A stretch of DNA of 32,000 nt from Bdellovibrionales bacterium (GTDB lineage: Bacteria > Bdellovibrionota > Bdellovibrionia > Bdellovibrionales > UBA1609), in NCBI GenBank assembly GCA_963692945.1, contig OY843585.1, positions 1,170,001-1,202,000 of the forward strand, read 5' to 3'. The position numbers were made by a program, and so were the translations under genes. Positions within the stretch are counted from its first letter, which is position 1; each line of letters begins with the position of its first letter. This document shows, piece by piece, positions 16,922 to 25,260 of this stretch. Under the pieces are notes generated by a model, which did not search any database, had not been told where the DNA came from, and saw nothing but the letters and a program-made list of their open reading frames with translations.

Positions 16922-16978
16922 TTCCTCTACATCCTTTTTTTAAATCTTTATCGTCTTTCATCATTTCCTCTACATCCT
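16891..16978. repeat. Perfect 43-bp tandem duplication spanning the stop of the PGI-like gene and the SD/start of the GGDEF gene
   Basis: 16892-16934 is identical to 16935-16977. It duplicates GAGGAAATGATGAAAGACGATAAAGATTTAAAAAAA on the minus strand. Confidence 0.95.
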
Positions 16979-18076
16979 CTTATAATAATCCACCCAAGGT
17001 TGATTGTAAATATCAACACCTGTCCATTCCCCTATTCCATATAAAATTTTATACAAAACATATAGTAACTCTTCAACGGACTCCATATTTTTTTGCTCTA
17101 AGCTAAAAACCAAATTTGAAATTTTATGTTCTTCTAAAAGAAGTTTTAATTTTTGTTTTTCTGTATCTAAAAACTCCTCTTCACCCTTTATATCAATGCC
17201 CCAAAACCACTTTTTTGCTTTAGAAACAAGCAATTCTTCCAAGAAAGCATGCTTTACATCTAGAAAAGAACAATGTCTCAAATAGTTTATAGGTTTTTGA
17301 GATTCTTTTTTAAAAAGAGATTCAGACCAAGCCTTTTCCCACCAACAAGCTAAACTTTCCATTTGAGGATGAAGGGAGCAAAAAAAATTATCTTTATCTG
17401 CCTCTATTTGAGACAAAATAAGATCTAAAGCTTTTTCTACCTCTGAAACAAAGGTCTGACATCTTTTTGATGTGGAATCCATTCCACTAGGTGATAGTCC
17501 ACATAAATAACTTTGTAAAAAACCACTCAATGTAAAAAAAGAAAACCGACCAGACAGTAAATCTTTTACAATATAAATAGAAGTCTCTTGCTCCTTAGCC
17601 CATTTATACAAATAAGAGTTTGTATTTGAACTTAAAACAGTGATTTTATTTTTTAATGAAATTTGTTGTTCAACATACAGTTTTTTTAAAAACTTAGCAT
17701 AGTAAAGCACCTCTTTTGTTTCTCCACTCTTAGAGATAAAAACCCAATGAGATTCTTTTAAATCTTCTTTAGTTAAAGACTTCAAGGACGCTAAAGTTTG
17801 AGAGTCTAAACTTTCTATGAGGGTCACGGCAGAACCCTCCTTCGGGAAAAGATTTTTTAAAATAGAACAAGTTGAACCTGACCCACCAAAAGCATAAATA
17901 AATGTTTTCTCACTGGTTTGTTTAATTTCATCAGATATTTTTTTAGCATCAATGAGATAGTCTTTTTCCTTGTCTGAAAAGAAAAGGCTGTTTGAAAAAT
18001 TTTTAGAAGATTTTACAATTTGACTGTGATAATTTCTAGATTCTTTAGAAAGAACTCTATAAGAATGAATCTTCAT
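16970..18076 (-). CDS. Short, divergent glucose-6-phosphate isomerase-like SIS-domain protein
   Basis: IYAFGGSGSTCS, WVFISKSGETKEV (PGI ISKSG.T.E signature) and LSGRFSFFT (G-R-F-S signature). At 368 aa it is shorter than typical PGI. Confidence 0.5.
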   Translation of the reverse strand: MKIHSYRVLSKESRNYHSQIVKSSKNFSNSLFFSDKEKDYLIDAKKISDEIKQTSEKTFIYAFGGSGSTCSILKNLFPKEGSAVTLIESLDSQTLASLKSLTKEDLKESHWVFISKSGETKEVLYYAKFLKKLYVEQQISLKNKITVLSSNTNSYLYKWAKEQETSIYIVKDLLSGRFSFFTLSGFLQSYLCGLSPSGMDSTSKRCQTFVSEVEKALDLILSQIEADKDNFFCSLHPQMESLACWWEKAWSESLFKKESQKPINYLRHCSFLDVKHAFLEELLVSKAKKWFWGIDIKGEEEFLDTEKQKLKLLLEEHKISNLVFSLEQKNMESVEELLYVLYKILYGIGEWTGVDIYNQPWVDYYKRM

Positions 18077-18085
18077 AAACTCTTT

Positions 18086-18880
18086 TTAACTTTGATCGTC
18101 TTCTGAGACAATAGAAGATTGGGTTTCGGATTGTTGTTTTACACGATACCCTTCTAAATTATGTATCGTGGCTCGCAATACAGAAACCGTTTTACGAGAA
18201 CTGTTTTTAAGTTGAGTGATATAGTTTTGTAAATCATTACTCTTCCTATAAGCTGTTTTTAAACTCTCATTTAATTTATTAAGTTTATTCTTTAACTCTA
18301 TGATTTGCTTGTCTTTATCTCTCTTTAAAACAGAGCCTTCTAACTTTAAAAGTTCAAGTTTATTTTCTAAGGAATTTTCACGAACACGAATATTTTGCAA
18401 GTCCTTAGATAGTCGGGATTCTAAATCCTTTTTATACTCTTTCAAGCGATCAACCTCTTTTCTTGTATCCTCTAAAGTTGTCAAAAGCACTTCCTTTTCG
18501 CTTTCAAAACCAGCTTTTTCATCTTCTCTGTGACTATGGCTCTCTTCTAACTCAACCATCAATTTATCCACTTTTTCTATCAAAACATCTCCAGAAGAAG
18601 TTAGGCTTTCATTGATGCGACGAAGATCTTCTATCTCCCTTTCTAATTCAACAATTTTTTCTTGAGCAATCCTTAAACTCTCAGACTGCACAAGGTTTAT
18701 CTTCAAGGGCGATACTTCAACACCATCTTTTGATAGATTTTGAATTTTACGCATCTGTTTCGCTCTTAAAACTTCTAATCTATCAAGATTTGTTTCAGAA
18801 GATTCTTGTTCTTGTTGAGGTTCTTGGCTTTCTTCTAAATGATCTACTGGTTTTTCTGCTAAGTTACTCTTTTTACTCAT
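18086..18880 (-). CDS. Acidic coiled-coil protein, function unknown
   Basis: Long ORF with heptad-like Glu/Lys/Leu-rich sequence. SD AGGAG lies 7 nt upstream of the ATG. Confidence 0.55.
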   Translation of the reverse strand: MSKKSNLAEKPVDHLEESQEPQQEQESSETNLDRLEVLRAKQMRKIQNLSKDGVEVSPLKINLVQSESLRIAQEKIVELEREIEDLRRINESLTSSGDVLIEKVDKLMVELEESHSHREDEKAGFESEKEVLLTTLEDTRKEVDRLKEYKKDLESRLSKDLQNIRVRENSLENKLELLKLEGSVLKRDKDKQIIELKNKLNKLNESLKTAYRKSNDLQNYITQLKNSSRKTVSVLRATIHNLEGYRVKQQSETQSSIVSEDDQS

Positions 18881-18920
18881 AACAAACTCCTACTTTCCCC
18901 TTACTTACTTTTCGGAAAAA

Positions 18921-18951
18921 TTAGGTATTTTCTAAAATTTTAAATACCTAA
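18921..18951. promoter_or_regulatory. 10-bp inverted repeat in the divergent promoter region between the coiled-coil gene and gdhA
   Basis: TTAGGTATTT (18921-18930), an 11-nt spacer, then AAATACCTAA (18942-18951). Confidence 0.3.
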
Positions 18952-19018
18952 ACTGTTTTTTTGTATATATTGCACAATTTTTACCCTTATCTATTGCCTT
19001 TACCCCTATTTTTATGAA

Positions 19019-20314
19019 ATGAAAGTAAAAGATATGTCTCAAGACCAAAATGACGAACTTTTAAGAAGCCCCTTATACAGAAATGTTCTAGATTCCCTAG
19101 AAAAAGCTGGTGATGCTATAAATATTAATGCCACCGTTCTTGAGCGTCTCAAAAAACCAAGGCGATCCATTAGAGTGTCTATACCCGTTCGTATGGACGA
19201 TGAAAGAGTTCAAATTTTTAATGGTTATAGAGTTCAACACAACCACACTCTTGGTCCCTTTAAGGGAGGCATTCGCTACCACAGTTCCGTCAATGCGGGA
19301 GAAGTGGCCGCTCTTGCCAGTTTAATGACTTATAAAAACTCTCTCCTCAATTTACCTTTAGGAGGTGCTAAGGGTGGAGTGCAAGTTAATCCTGACTCTC
19401 TTTCTAAACGAGAATTAGAAGCTCTTACTCGTCGTTTTGCTACTGAACTTGGTCCTTTTATCGGACCTGAAAAAGACATTCCCGCTCCTGATGTAGGAAC
19501 AAACTCAGAAACAATGGCTTGGATATTAGATACTTTTGCCCTAGAAACAGGTTTTTCTCAAACAGGTGTCGTAACTGGAAAACCCGTAGAAATTGGAGGC
19601 TCTAGAGGAAGAGAGTCGGCAACCGGTTTAGGTGTTGCCTATATTGCTGAAAAAGCTTTGGAAACTCAAAATAAAAGCATCTCTGATGCAACCTTTGCCA
19701 TTCATGGCTTTGGTAAAGTTGGAATGCATACAGGTATTGAAGCTCATGCTATGGGTGGAAAAATCTTAGCTGTCAGTGATATCAAAGGAGGTATCTTTAA
19801 TCCAGAAAGTATCAATATCAGTGAACTGTTTCGTTACTTAAAAACCAATAAATTTGTTCAAGGTTTCCCTGGAGCAAAAAGTATAACAAACGAAGAACTT
19901 TTAGAATTAAATGTAGATGTCCTTTGCCCTTGTGCCTTAAGTGAAGTGATTAACAAAAAAAATATGAAAAATATCAAAACAAAAATCATTGTTGAAGGAG
20001 CCAACGGACCCATGACTCCTGAAGCCTCCGAGTATCTTTTAGAAAAAGACACTCTTATCATTCCTGATATTTTAGCAAACGGTGGTGGTGTTGTTGTAAG
20101 TTATTTTGAATGGGTTCAAGATATTGGCTGGTTGTTTTGGACAGAACAAGAAGTCCGCTCCAAATTGAAAAAAATAATGAGTCATTCCTTTGATAAAGTA
20201 TGGAGTTTTGCAACAAAATATCAAAAATCTAATAAAGATTTACGACTGGCCGCTATGTCTGTTTCTCTATTAAGATTAGAAAAAGCAATGAAGTTACGAG
20301 GTCAAGCTTGGTAG
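19019..20314 (+). CDS. gdhA: Glu/Leu/Phe/Val-family glutamate dehydrogenase
   Basis: GPFKGGIRYH, LPLGGAKGGV, GFGKVG Rossmann motif. The start could alternatively be the ATG at 19034. Confidence 0.92.
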   Translation: MKVKDMSQDQNDELLRSPLYRNVLDSLEKAGDAININATVLERLKKPRRSIRVSIPVRMDDERVQIFNGYRVQHNHTLGPFKGGIRYHSSVNAGEVAALASLMTYKNSLLNLPLGGAKGGVQVNPDSLSKRELEALTRRFATELGPFIGPEKDIPAPDVGTNSETMAWILDTFALETGFSQTGVVTGKPVEIGGSRGRESATGLGVAYIAEKALETQNKSISDATFAIHGFGKVGMHTGIEAHAMGGKILAVSDIKGGIFNPESINISELFRYLKTNKFVQGFPGAKSITNEELLELNVDVLCPCALSEVINKKNMKNIKTKIIVEGANGPMTPEASEYLLEKDTLIIPDILANGGGVVVSYFEWVQDIGWLFWTEQEVRSKLKKIMSHSFDKVWSFATKYQKSNKDLRLAAMSVSLLRLEKAMKLRGQAW

Positions 20315-21312
20315 TAAAACCTTGGCTGTGGGTTCCTCCACAATGGATACATCACTTTGCACCTTTATTTTTAAAAATTTATAGTTCTCTTTTTTCATCA
20401 CCCACTCCTCATTGGAAATCTGTTTCTTGGAGACATCTTTATTTCCCCAACCCTCTTGGAACAGCTGGTGGTCTAGACAAAAATGCGAAACAGATTAAAG
20501 ACTGGTGGTCTTTGCAAGCTGGTTTTTGTGAAATAGGAACGATCACTCCTAAAGCACAAAAAATCAACCCTTCTAAAACAATAGATCGCAATCTTAAATA
20601 CCTTTCCCTTTGGAATCACATGGGCTTTCCAAATAAAGGCTTACAGTTTGTAAAAAAACAACTCCTCTCACTTCCTGAAAAAAAACAAACCCCTATTTTA
20701 ATTAACATCGGGAAAAACAGAGATACGAGCACAGAAGAATCTATAGAAGATTACAAAAAATGTTTGGAAGAATTGCATCCCTTTGCTGATATTTTTGTTA
20801 TCAACATCAGCAGTCCCAATACAAAAAATTTAAGAACTCTTTTTCATGAAGACACACTTTTTTCTTTTTTAAAAACTTTAAAAGATTTTTCTATGACCTT
20901 AAATCCAAAAATTCCTCTTTTACTAAAGTTAAGTCCTGATGAAACAAAACAAGATTTTTTTCGCATCTTAGACCAATCTTTAGAATCTCATATAGATGGA
21001 TGGTGTCTATGCAATTCCACTTCCAAACGAACCATTCCTAATTTATTTCCCGCTCATGGAGGTGTCTCTGGCAAACTCCTAGAAAAACAATCTCTCTCTC
21101 TTTTAAAAGATTTAAAAAAATATGTTGAGCGTAAAAACGCAAAAGACAAATTGATTGTTTCGTGCGGAGGAGTTCTCACTCCGGAAGAGGTTTTAAATCG
21201 TCTTAAAGAAGGAGCTCATTTGGTACAAGTTTATTCAGCTATTATTTTTCAAGGACCTGATTTTTTTAAAAATGTTTTTAAGTATGTGTCAAAGTTAGAG
21301 AAACCACTATGA
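20308..21312 (+). CDS. pyrD: Dihydroorotate dehydrogenase (class 2-like)
   Basis: NPLGTAGGLDKNA, CEIGTITP, INISSPNT, LLLKLSPD, HGGVSG. The TTG start overlaps the gdhA stop by 7 nt. Confidence 0.88.
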   Translation: MVVKPWLWVPPQWIHHFAPLFLKIYSSLFSSPTPHWKSVSWRHLYFPNPLGTAGGLDKNAKQIKDWWSLQAGFCEIGTITPKAQKINPSKTIDRNLKYLSLWNHMGFPNKGLQFVKKQLLSLPEKKQTPILINIGKNRDTSTEESIEDYKKCLEELHPFADIFVINISSPNTKNLRTLFHEDTLFSFLKTLKDFSMTLNPKIPLLLKLSPDETKQDFFRILDQSLESHIDGWCLCNSTSKRTIPNLFPAHGGVSGKLLEKQSLSLLKDLKKYVERKNAKDKLIVSCGGVLTPEEVLNRLKEGAHLVQVYSAIIFQGPDFFKNVFKYVSKLEKPL

Positions 21313-21722
21313 CAAAATCTTGGAAAGTTGTCTCTGTTGGTTTGATTTATAAAAACAATCAAGTTTTAATAGGGCTTCGCTACCCTACAGAAAAACAAAC
21401 AAATCTATGGGAATTTCCTGGAGGTTCTATTCAAGAGGGAGAACTTCCCCAAGACGCAATGATTAGAGAATTAAAAGAAGAATTAAATATTGTTGTGGAA
21501 GAATGGAAATTAGCAACCTGTCTATGTGATTACAAACAAGGTCAACCTTATATTATTGTTTTTCACCATGTTTTAAAATGGTCAGGAGCCATTCAAAAGA
21601 CTTGCCATCAAGACCTCCAATGGATCTCTCTTTCAGAATGTAAAGAAAAAAAATTACCTAATATAAATCCAATTTTATTTGATAAAATCTACGAGGTTTT
21701 AAGCTGTCAGTTGACTTTGTAA
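21309..21722 (+). CDS. mutT: NUDIX hydrolase (MutT-like)
   Basis: Nudix box GGSIQEGELPQDAMIRELKEELNI. ATGA overlap with the pyrD stop. Confidence 0.8.
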   Translation: MTKSWKVVSVGLIYKNNQVLIGLRYPTEKQTNLWEFPGGSIQEGELPQDAMIRELKEELNIVVEEWKLATCLCDYKQGQPYIIVFHHVLKWSGAIQKTCHQDLQWISLSECKEKKLPNINPILFDKIYEVLSCQLTL

Positions 21723-22675
21723 AATGTACTATATATCTCTTCTGCTTTTTTACGAACTTTTTCATCCTTATCTTTTTTTGCTTGTTTTAACAAAGGAAGA
21801 AAGTCTTTTTCTGTTCCCATACTTAATTTTATTAACTCACCCACTTGTAAAATAACTGAATAGCGTATATTTTCAAACTCATTTTTCAGACCTTGGCTTA
21901 ACAAAGAAAGAGCTTCTTTTTTCTTTCCTGCTTTTATTAACTTACCCGTTTGGAAAACAACTGCGTAAGACACATACTCACTCTCATCTTTTATCCCTTG
22001 GTTTAAAAATGGAAGAAATTCTTTCATTCCTAATTTCATTAACTCATTTGCTTGATCAACAACAGCCTTACGGACATTTTTACTCTTATCTTTCATACCT
22101 TGTTTTAATAAAGGAAGAATCTTTTCTTTTAATCCCACCTCTATTAACTTATTTACTTGATTAATAACAGTCTTACGGACAACCATACTCTTATCTTTCA
22201 TCCCTTGGTTTAAAAGCGAAAGAGTTTCTTCTCTTAATCCTACTTTTACTAACTTATCCGTTTGATCAATAACTAACTCTCGTATATCTTCATTCTCATC
22301 TTTCAAACCTTGGTTTAAAAACGAAAGAGCTTCTTTTCTTAACCCTACCTCTATTAATCTACCTGTTTGATGAATAACTTCCATTCGTACAGATATTCTC
22401 TTATCTTTCATCCCTTGGTTTAAAAGCGAAAGAGCTTCTTTTGTCTCTCCTTGTTTTAATAATACATCCACTTGATTAATAACTTTCTTACGCGTATATT
22501 CACTCTCATCTTTTATCCCTTGTTGAAAAGAAGTATAACATTCACCTTTCTTTAGATCTGTAGCATAAGATAGAGAACTTAGTGTAAGTAAGAAACAATA
22601 AAAGACCTGCTTTTTCATAAAAATATTCATCACCATTTTTAACCAATAAAAAAAAATAAGCTTTTTTACAACCAA
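21707..22675 (-). CDS. Secreted HEAT-like repeat protein (eight ~35-aa repeats)
   Basis: Signal peptide ...FLLTLSSLSYA. Repeats have the form LNQGMKDK..VR..VI.Q...LI.VGL..EAL.L. At the DNA level, a 37-nt block at 22189-22225 recurs at 22399-22435. The true start is probably an internal Met (22636-22618). Confidence 0.7.
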   Translation of the reverse strand: MVVKKLIFFYWLKMVMNIFMKKQVFYCFLLTLSSLSYATDLKKGECYTSFQQGIKDESEYTRKKVINQVDVLLKQGETKEALSLLNQGMKDKRISVRMEVIHQTGRLIEVGLRKEALSFLNQGLKDENEDIRELVIDQTDKLVKVGLREETLSLLNQGMKDKSMVVRKTVINQVNKLIEVGLKEKILPLLKQGMKDKSKNVRKAVVDQANELMKLGMKEFLPFLNQGIKDESEYVSYAVVFQTGKLIKAGKKKEALSLLSQGLKNEFENIRYSVILQVGELIKLSMGTEKDFLPLLKQAKKDKDEKVRKKAEEIYSTFYKVN

Positions 22676-22747
22676 AATTTAAATAAAGTGTAAATTTTTC
22701 ACAGTGAAACGGTAGTTTTTCTCTAATATGTTATGTTTCTTACTCTG

Positions 22748-23066
22748 TCAGTCTTTGTTTACTTCTTCTCTCAATTCTTCTTTTATTGCTTCATTCACTT
22801 GGTAAATAGCTGCCTTATATACGTCTTTCATGCTCATCTTTCATCCCTTGTTTTAACAAAGAAAGAAATTCTTTTTCCCTTCTTGCTTTTATTAATACAT
22901 CCACTTGAGAAATAACTCTCCCACGAATAAGTGAATTTTTATTTTTCATATCTTGTTTAAAAGAAAGGTAACATTCACTTTTCTTTAGATCTGTAGCATA
23001 AGATAGAGAACTTAGTGTAATTAAGAAATAAAAAAAGACCTGCTTTTTCAAAGAAATATTTACCAT
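22748..23066 (-). pseudogene. Frameshifted short paralogue of the HEAT-like repeat gene
   Basis: Same signal peptide and first repeat (MVNISLKKQVFFYFLITLSSLSYATDLKKSECY...). The frame breaks at an imperfect 13-nt tandem duplication (ATGAAAGATGAGC ATGAAAGAC, plus-strand 22823-22844). The continuation DVYKAAIYQVNEAIKEELREEVNKD* is in another frame. Confidence 0.55.
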
Positions 23067-23123
23067 GGTTTTCAACCTATAAAATAAAATAGATTTTTTT
23101 ACAAGTAAAAAATAATAATTGAA

Positions 23124-23336
23124 TGCAAAAAACAGTAGGTTTTTTCTATGCAAAAACCAGAGTTGCGAAAAACCGTAGTTTTCCTATATCAAAAAACAAT
23201 AGGTTTTTTCTAATTCACCTATGCGAAAACCAGTAGGTTTTCTCTATGAATATCCCTCCTTGTTTTCTGAACTTGAAGAGTGTCCCTCTTACGATGAAAG
23301 GTCAGAAAACAAGGAGGGATAACACTAGAGTTTTGG
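23124..23336. repeat. Mosaic intergenic repeat: array of ~25-nt palindromic motifs + 19-bp-stem hairpin + terminal repeat
   Basis: The motif TGCRAAAACCAGTAGGTTTTYTCTATG occurs at 23124-23150, 23164-23188, 23189-23214 and 23221-23248. A hairpin runs ATCCCTCCTTGTTTTCTGA (23252-23270) / TCAGAAAACAAGGAGGGAT (23302-23320). ACTAGAGTTTTG lies at 23324-23335. Confidence 0.85.
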
Positions 23337-23408
23337 AAACTAGACTTTATCCCAACTTAATATAAAAAAGTAATTACAAAAAACTAAACCCTAGCTCATA
23401 ATTAAACT

Positions 23409-23702
23409 ATGAAAAAACTAACGAAACAAGCTGTGAATAAATCGGAAATCATTTCTGAACTAGCTACAAAGAAAAAGATACCTATTCGGCTTGCTACTTT
23501 AGTTTTTGAAACTTTTTTTGATGAAATTGTAAAATCTCTTAAAAAAGAACAACAGATTCAAATCAGAGGTTTTGGTTCTTTTGAACTTAGAAGTTATAAA
23601 TCTTATAAAGGTAAAAACCCCAAAAACAATAAACCCATTAAAGTGAAATCTAAAAAAATTCCTTTTTTCAAAGCAGGAAATATAAAAGACGAACTGCTTT
23701 AA
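23409..23702 (+). CDS. HU/IHF-family DNA-binding protein
   Basis: IRGFGSFELRSYKSYKGKNPKNNKPIKVKSKKIPFFKAG is the HU/IHF beta-arm region. Confidence 0.85.
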   Translation: MKKLTKQAVNKSEIISELATKKKIPIRLATLVFETFFDEIVKSLKKEQQIQIRGFGSFELRSYKSYKGKNPKNNKPIKVKSKKIPFFKAGNIKDELL

Positions 23703-23715
23703 AGAAATAAAAAAA

Positions 23716-25227
23716 TTATTGATTCAGTAAAAATTTTACAATCTCAGCCAAATTCTCTGTGTCCTTTTTACAATACTCAAGTAAATTTTTCTTAATCACT
23801 TCTTTTTCTTCCTGACTCACAGAAGAGGAAATCATTTTTTTGTAAGACCTTTGAGCTGCCGTTCCATCTCCAACGTCCATACTCTCATAGGAAAATTTCT
23901 CTCCCAACAAAGCGGGTGCTACTTTTTTTAAGCTAAAACTAAATTCAAAAGCAGGGTCATAAAAATGTTCACGAAGGATAGGAAGAGGGTCTTCCATTCT
24001 TTTGATAAGATGTAAAAGTTCTTTTTTGTGTTTGGGAGAAAATTGTGCCAAACCTCGAATCACATGAATTTCAAATTTTTTATAATAAGCAATGACACTT
24101 CCCTTTTTTTCACAAACCTTGAGCAACTCCTCTATGAGAGAAGGACGAGGGTCATCCTTTTGATCGTATAAAAACTCGTAATGTTCTAGAGAAGATTTTT
24201 TATCTCTTAAAATATGCACACTAAACTGAAAGGGCAAATGGTTATAAGGAGAAACTTTATCAAATTGTGGGATGGCTGAGTTAAAAGTTTCAAAATCTAA
24301 AAAGATAAAAGGATAAGACCATGACGACAAATCTTTACGAATGGCTATGGAGTTTTTAAAAATCTCACCTTTCTTATGACATTCAAGCATTCGCTCTTGT
24401 TTTTCACTTAAACCAACAAGACGATCATCACTAATATCTATAACTCCCTTATTAAAAAAATCCCATTTTTCTTGAAGTGCTGGTATATTCAAAACACTGA
24501 CAGGAGGAACTTCTGCCTCTTTCCAACAATGATCTTTAAACCCACATTCACTAGGTTTTAAACAATGCTCTCCAATGGAGATTTGAGGAGGGCTTTCTTG
24601 CTGAATAGCTTCAACTAGAGTTTTTAATTTTTCAGGAACACTCCTATAATGCTCTCTGATTTGACTCGTAACATCTTCCATCTTAAATAAATCACTGAGA
24701 TCAGGAAATTCACATCTTGAATTCAAATGCACTAAATAAATCTTTTCAATTTTTAATCCACTGTTAGCAATAATCCAAGACTGCAAAGTCAAATCTTTTA
24801 TATGCTCTTCTTTAACACTTGTAGAAGATTTCACTTCGTAAAGAGACCACTTCTGACTTGTTTCAGAGTAATTTATAATATCCATTCTGGAATAAGCCCC
24901 TTGGTAGAGGAAAGCGGCTTCATAAATTGTTTTTTCACCTTGCTCTATAAATTGCTTCGTTTGCTGCACAGAATCTATAAATTCCCAAGGCTTGCAATGA
25001 ATTGCAGAACCATTAGGGAATAATTTTCTAGCTTCCAAACCAACTTCATTTCCTTGATCAAACAAGGCTTGTAAATTTTCAGAAACAGGAGCTTCTTTTT
25101 GGGGATCATGTAGAGTGAGATACAAAGACTTAGGACATCTATAACCTCTCATAATTTTAGACTTGCTTAAAATTTTAGGAATGGATTTCATAACCTCTAT
25201 GAAAACATCATTTTCTTTTATTTTCAA
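23716..25227 (-). CDS. DUF2779-like protein (Cas4/PD-(D/E)XK-like N-terminal module)
   Basis: LSKSKIMRGYRCPKSLYL...IYEAAF...RMDIINY...WSLYEVKSSTSVKEEHIKDLTLQSWI matches my memory of DUF2779. The likely true start is Met13 (25191). Confidence 0.55.
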   Translation of the reverse strand: MKIKENDVFIEVMKSIPKILSKSKIMRGYRCPKSLYLTLHDPQKEAPVSENLQALFDQGNEVGLEARKLFPNGSAIHCKPWEFIDSVQQTKQFIEQGEKTIYEAAFLYQGAYSRMDIINYSETSQKWSLYEVKSSTSVKEEHIKDLTLQSWIIANSGLKIEKIYLVHLNSRCEFPDLSDLFKMEDVTSQIREHYRSVPEKLKTLVEAIQQESPPQISIGEHCLKPSECGFKDHCWKEAEVPPVSVLNIPALQEKWDFFNKGVIDISDDRLVGLSEKQERMLECHKKGEIFKNSIAIRKDLSSWSYPFIFLDFETFNSAIPQFDKVSPYNHLPFQFSVHILRDKKSSLEHYEFLYDQKDDPRPSLIEELLKVCEKKGSVIAYYKKFEIHVIRGLAQFSPKHKKELLHLIKRMEDPLPILREHFYDPAFEFSFSLKKVAPALLGEKFSYESMDVGDGTAAQRSYKKMISSSVSQEEKEVIKKNLLEYCKKDTENLAEIVKFLLNQ

Positions 25228-25260
25228 ACTGATATTTTCAAACTAATAAAAAAATCTATT

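Noticed and set aside
16710-16943. Antisense ORFs within housekeeping genes (16710-16943, 18300-18533, 19097-19282, 19128-19325, 19858-20061, 24802-25023, 29784-30101, 31368-31622, 1749-1949)
   Set aside because: Each lies entirely within, or mostly overlaps, a longer ORF with clear family motifs on the other strand or frame. None has a recognisable motif or ribosome-binding site.
22733-22915. 60-aa plus-strand ORF
   Set aside because: It is antisense to the frameshifted HEAT-like paralogue, with a hydrophobic low-complexity translation and no start signals.
23066-23153. N-terminal 29 codons of the 112-aa track ORF (MHRKNLLFFAFNYY...)
   Set aside because: This part is a read-through of the palindromic-motif array. 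The paralogue alignment puts the real start at Met30 (23066).
23124-23248. Possible CRISPR array (regularly recurring ~25-nt palindromic repeats)
   Set aside because: The repeats are degenerate and directly abut one another with irregular 0-10-nt gaps instead of unique 25-40-nt spacers. No cas genes are present, and the same motif occurs singly at other intergenic sites.
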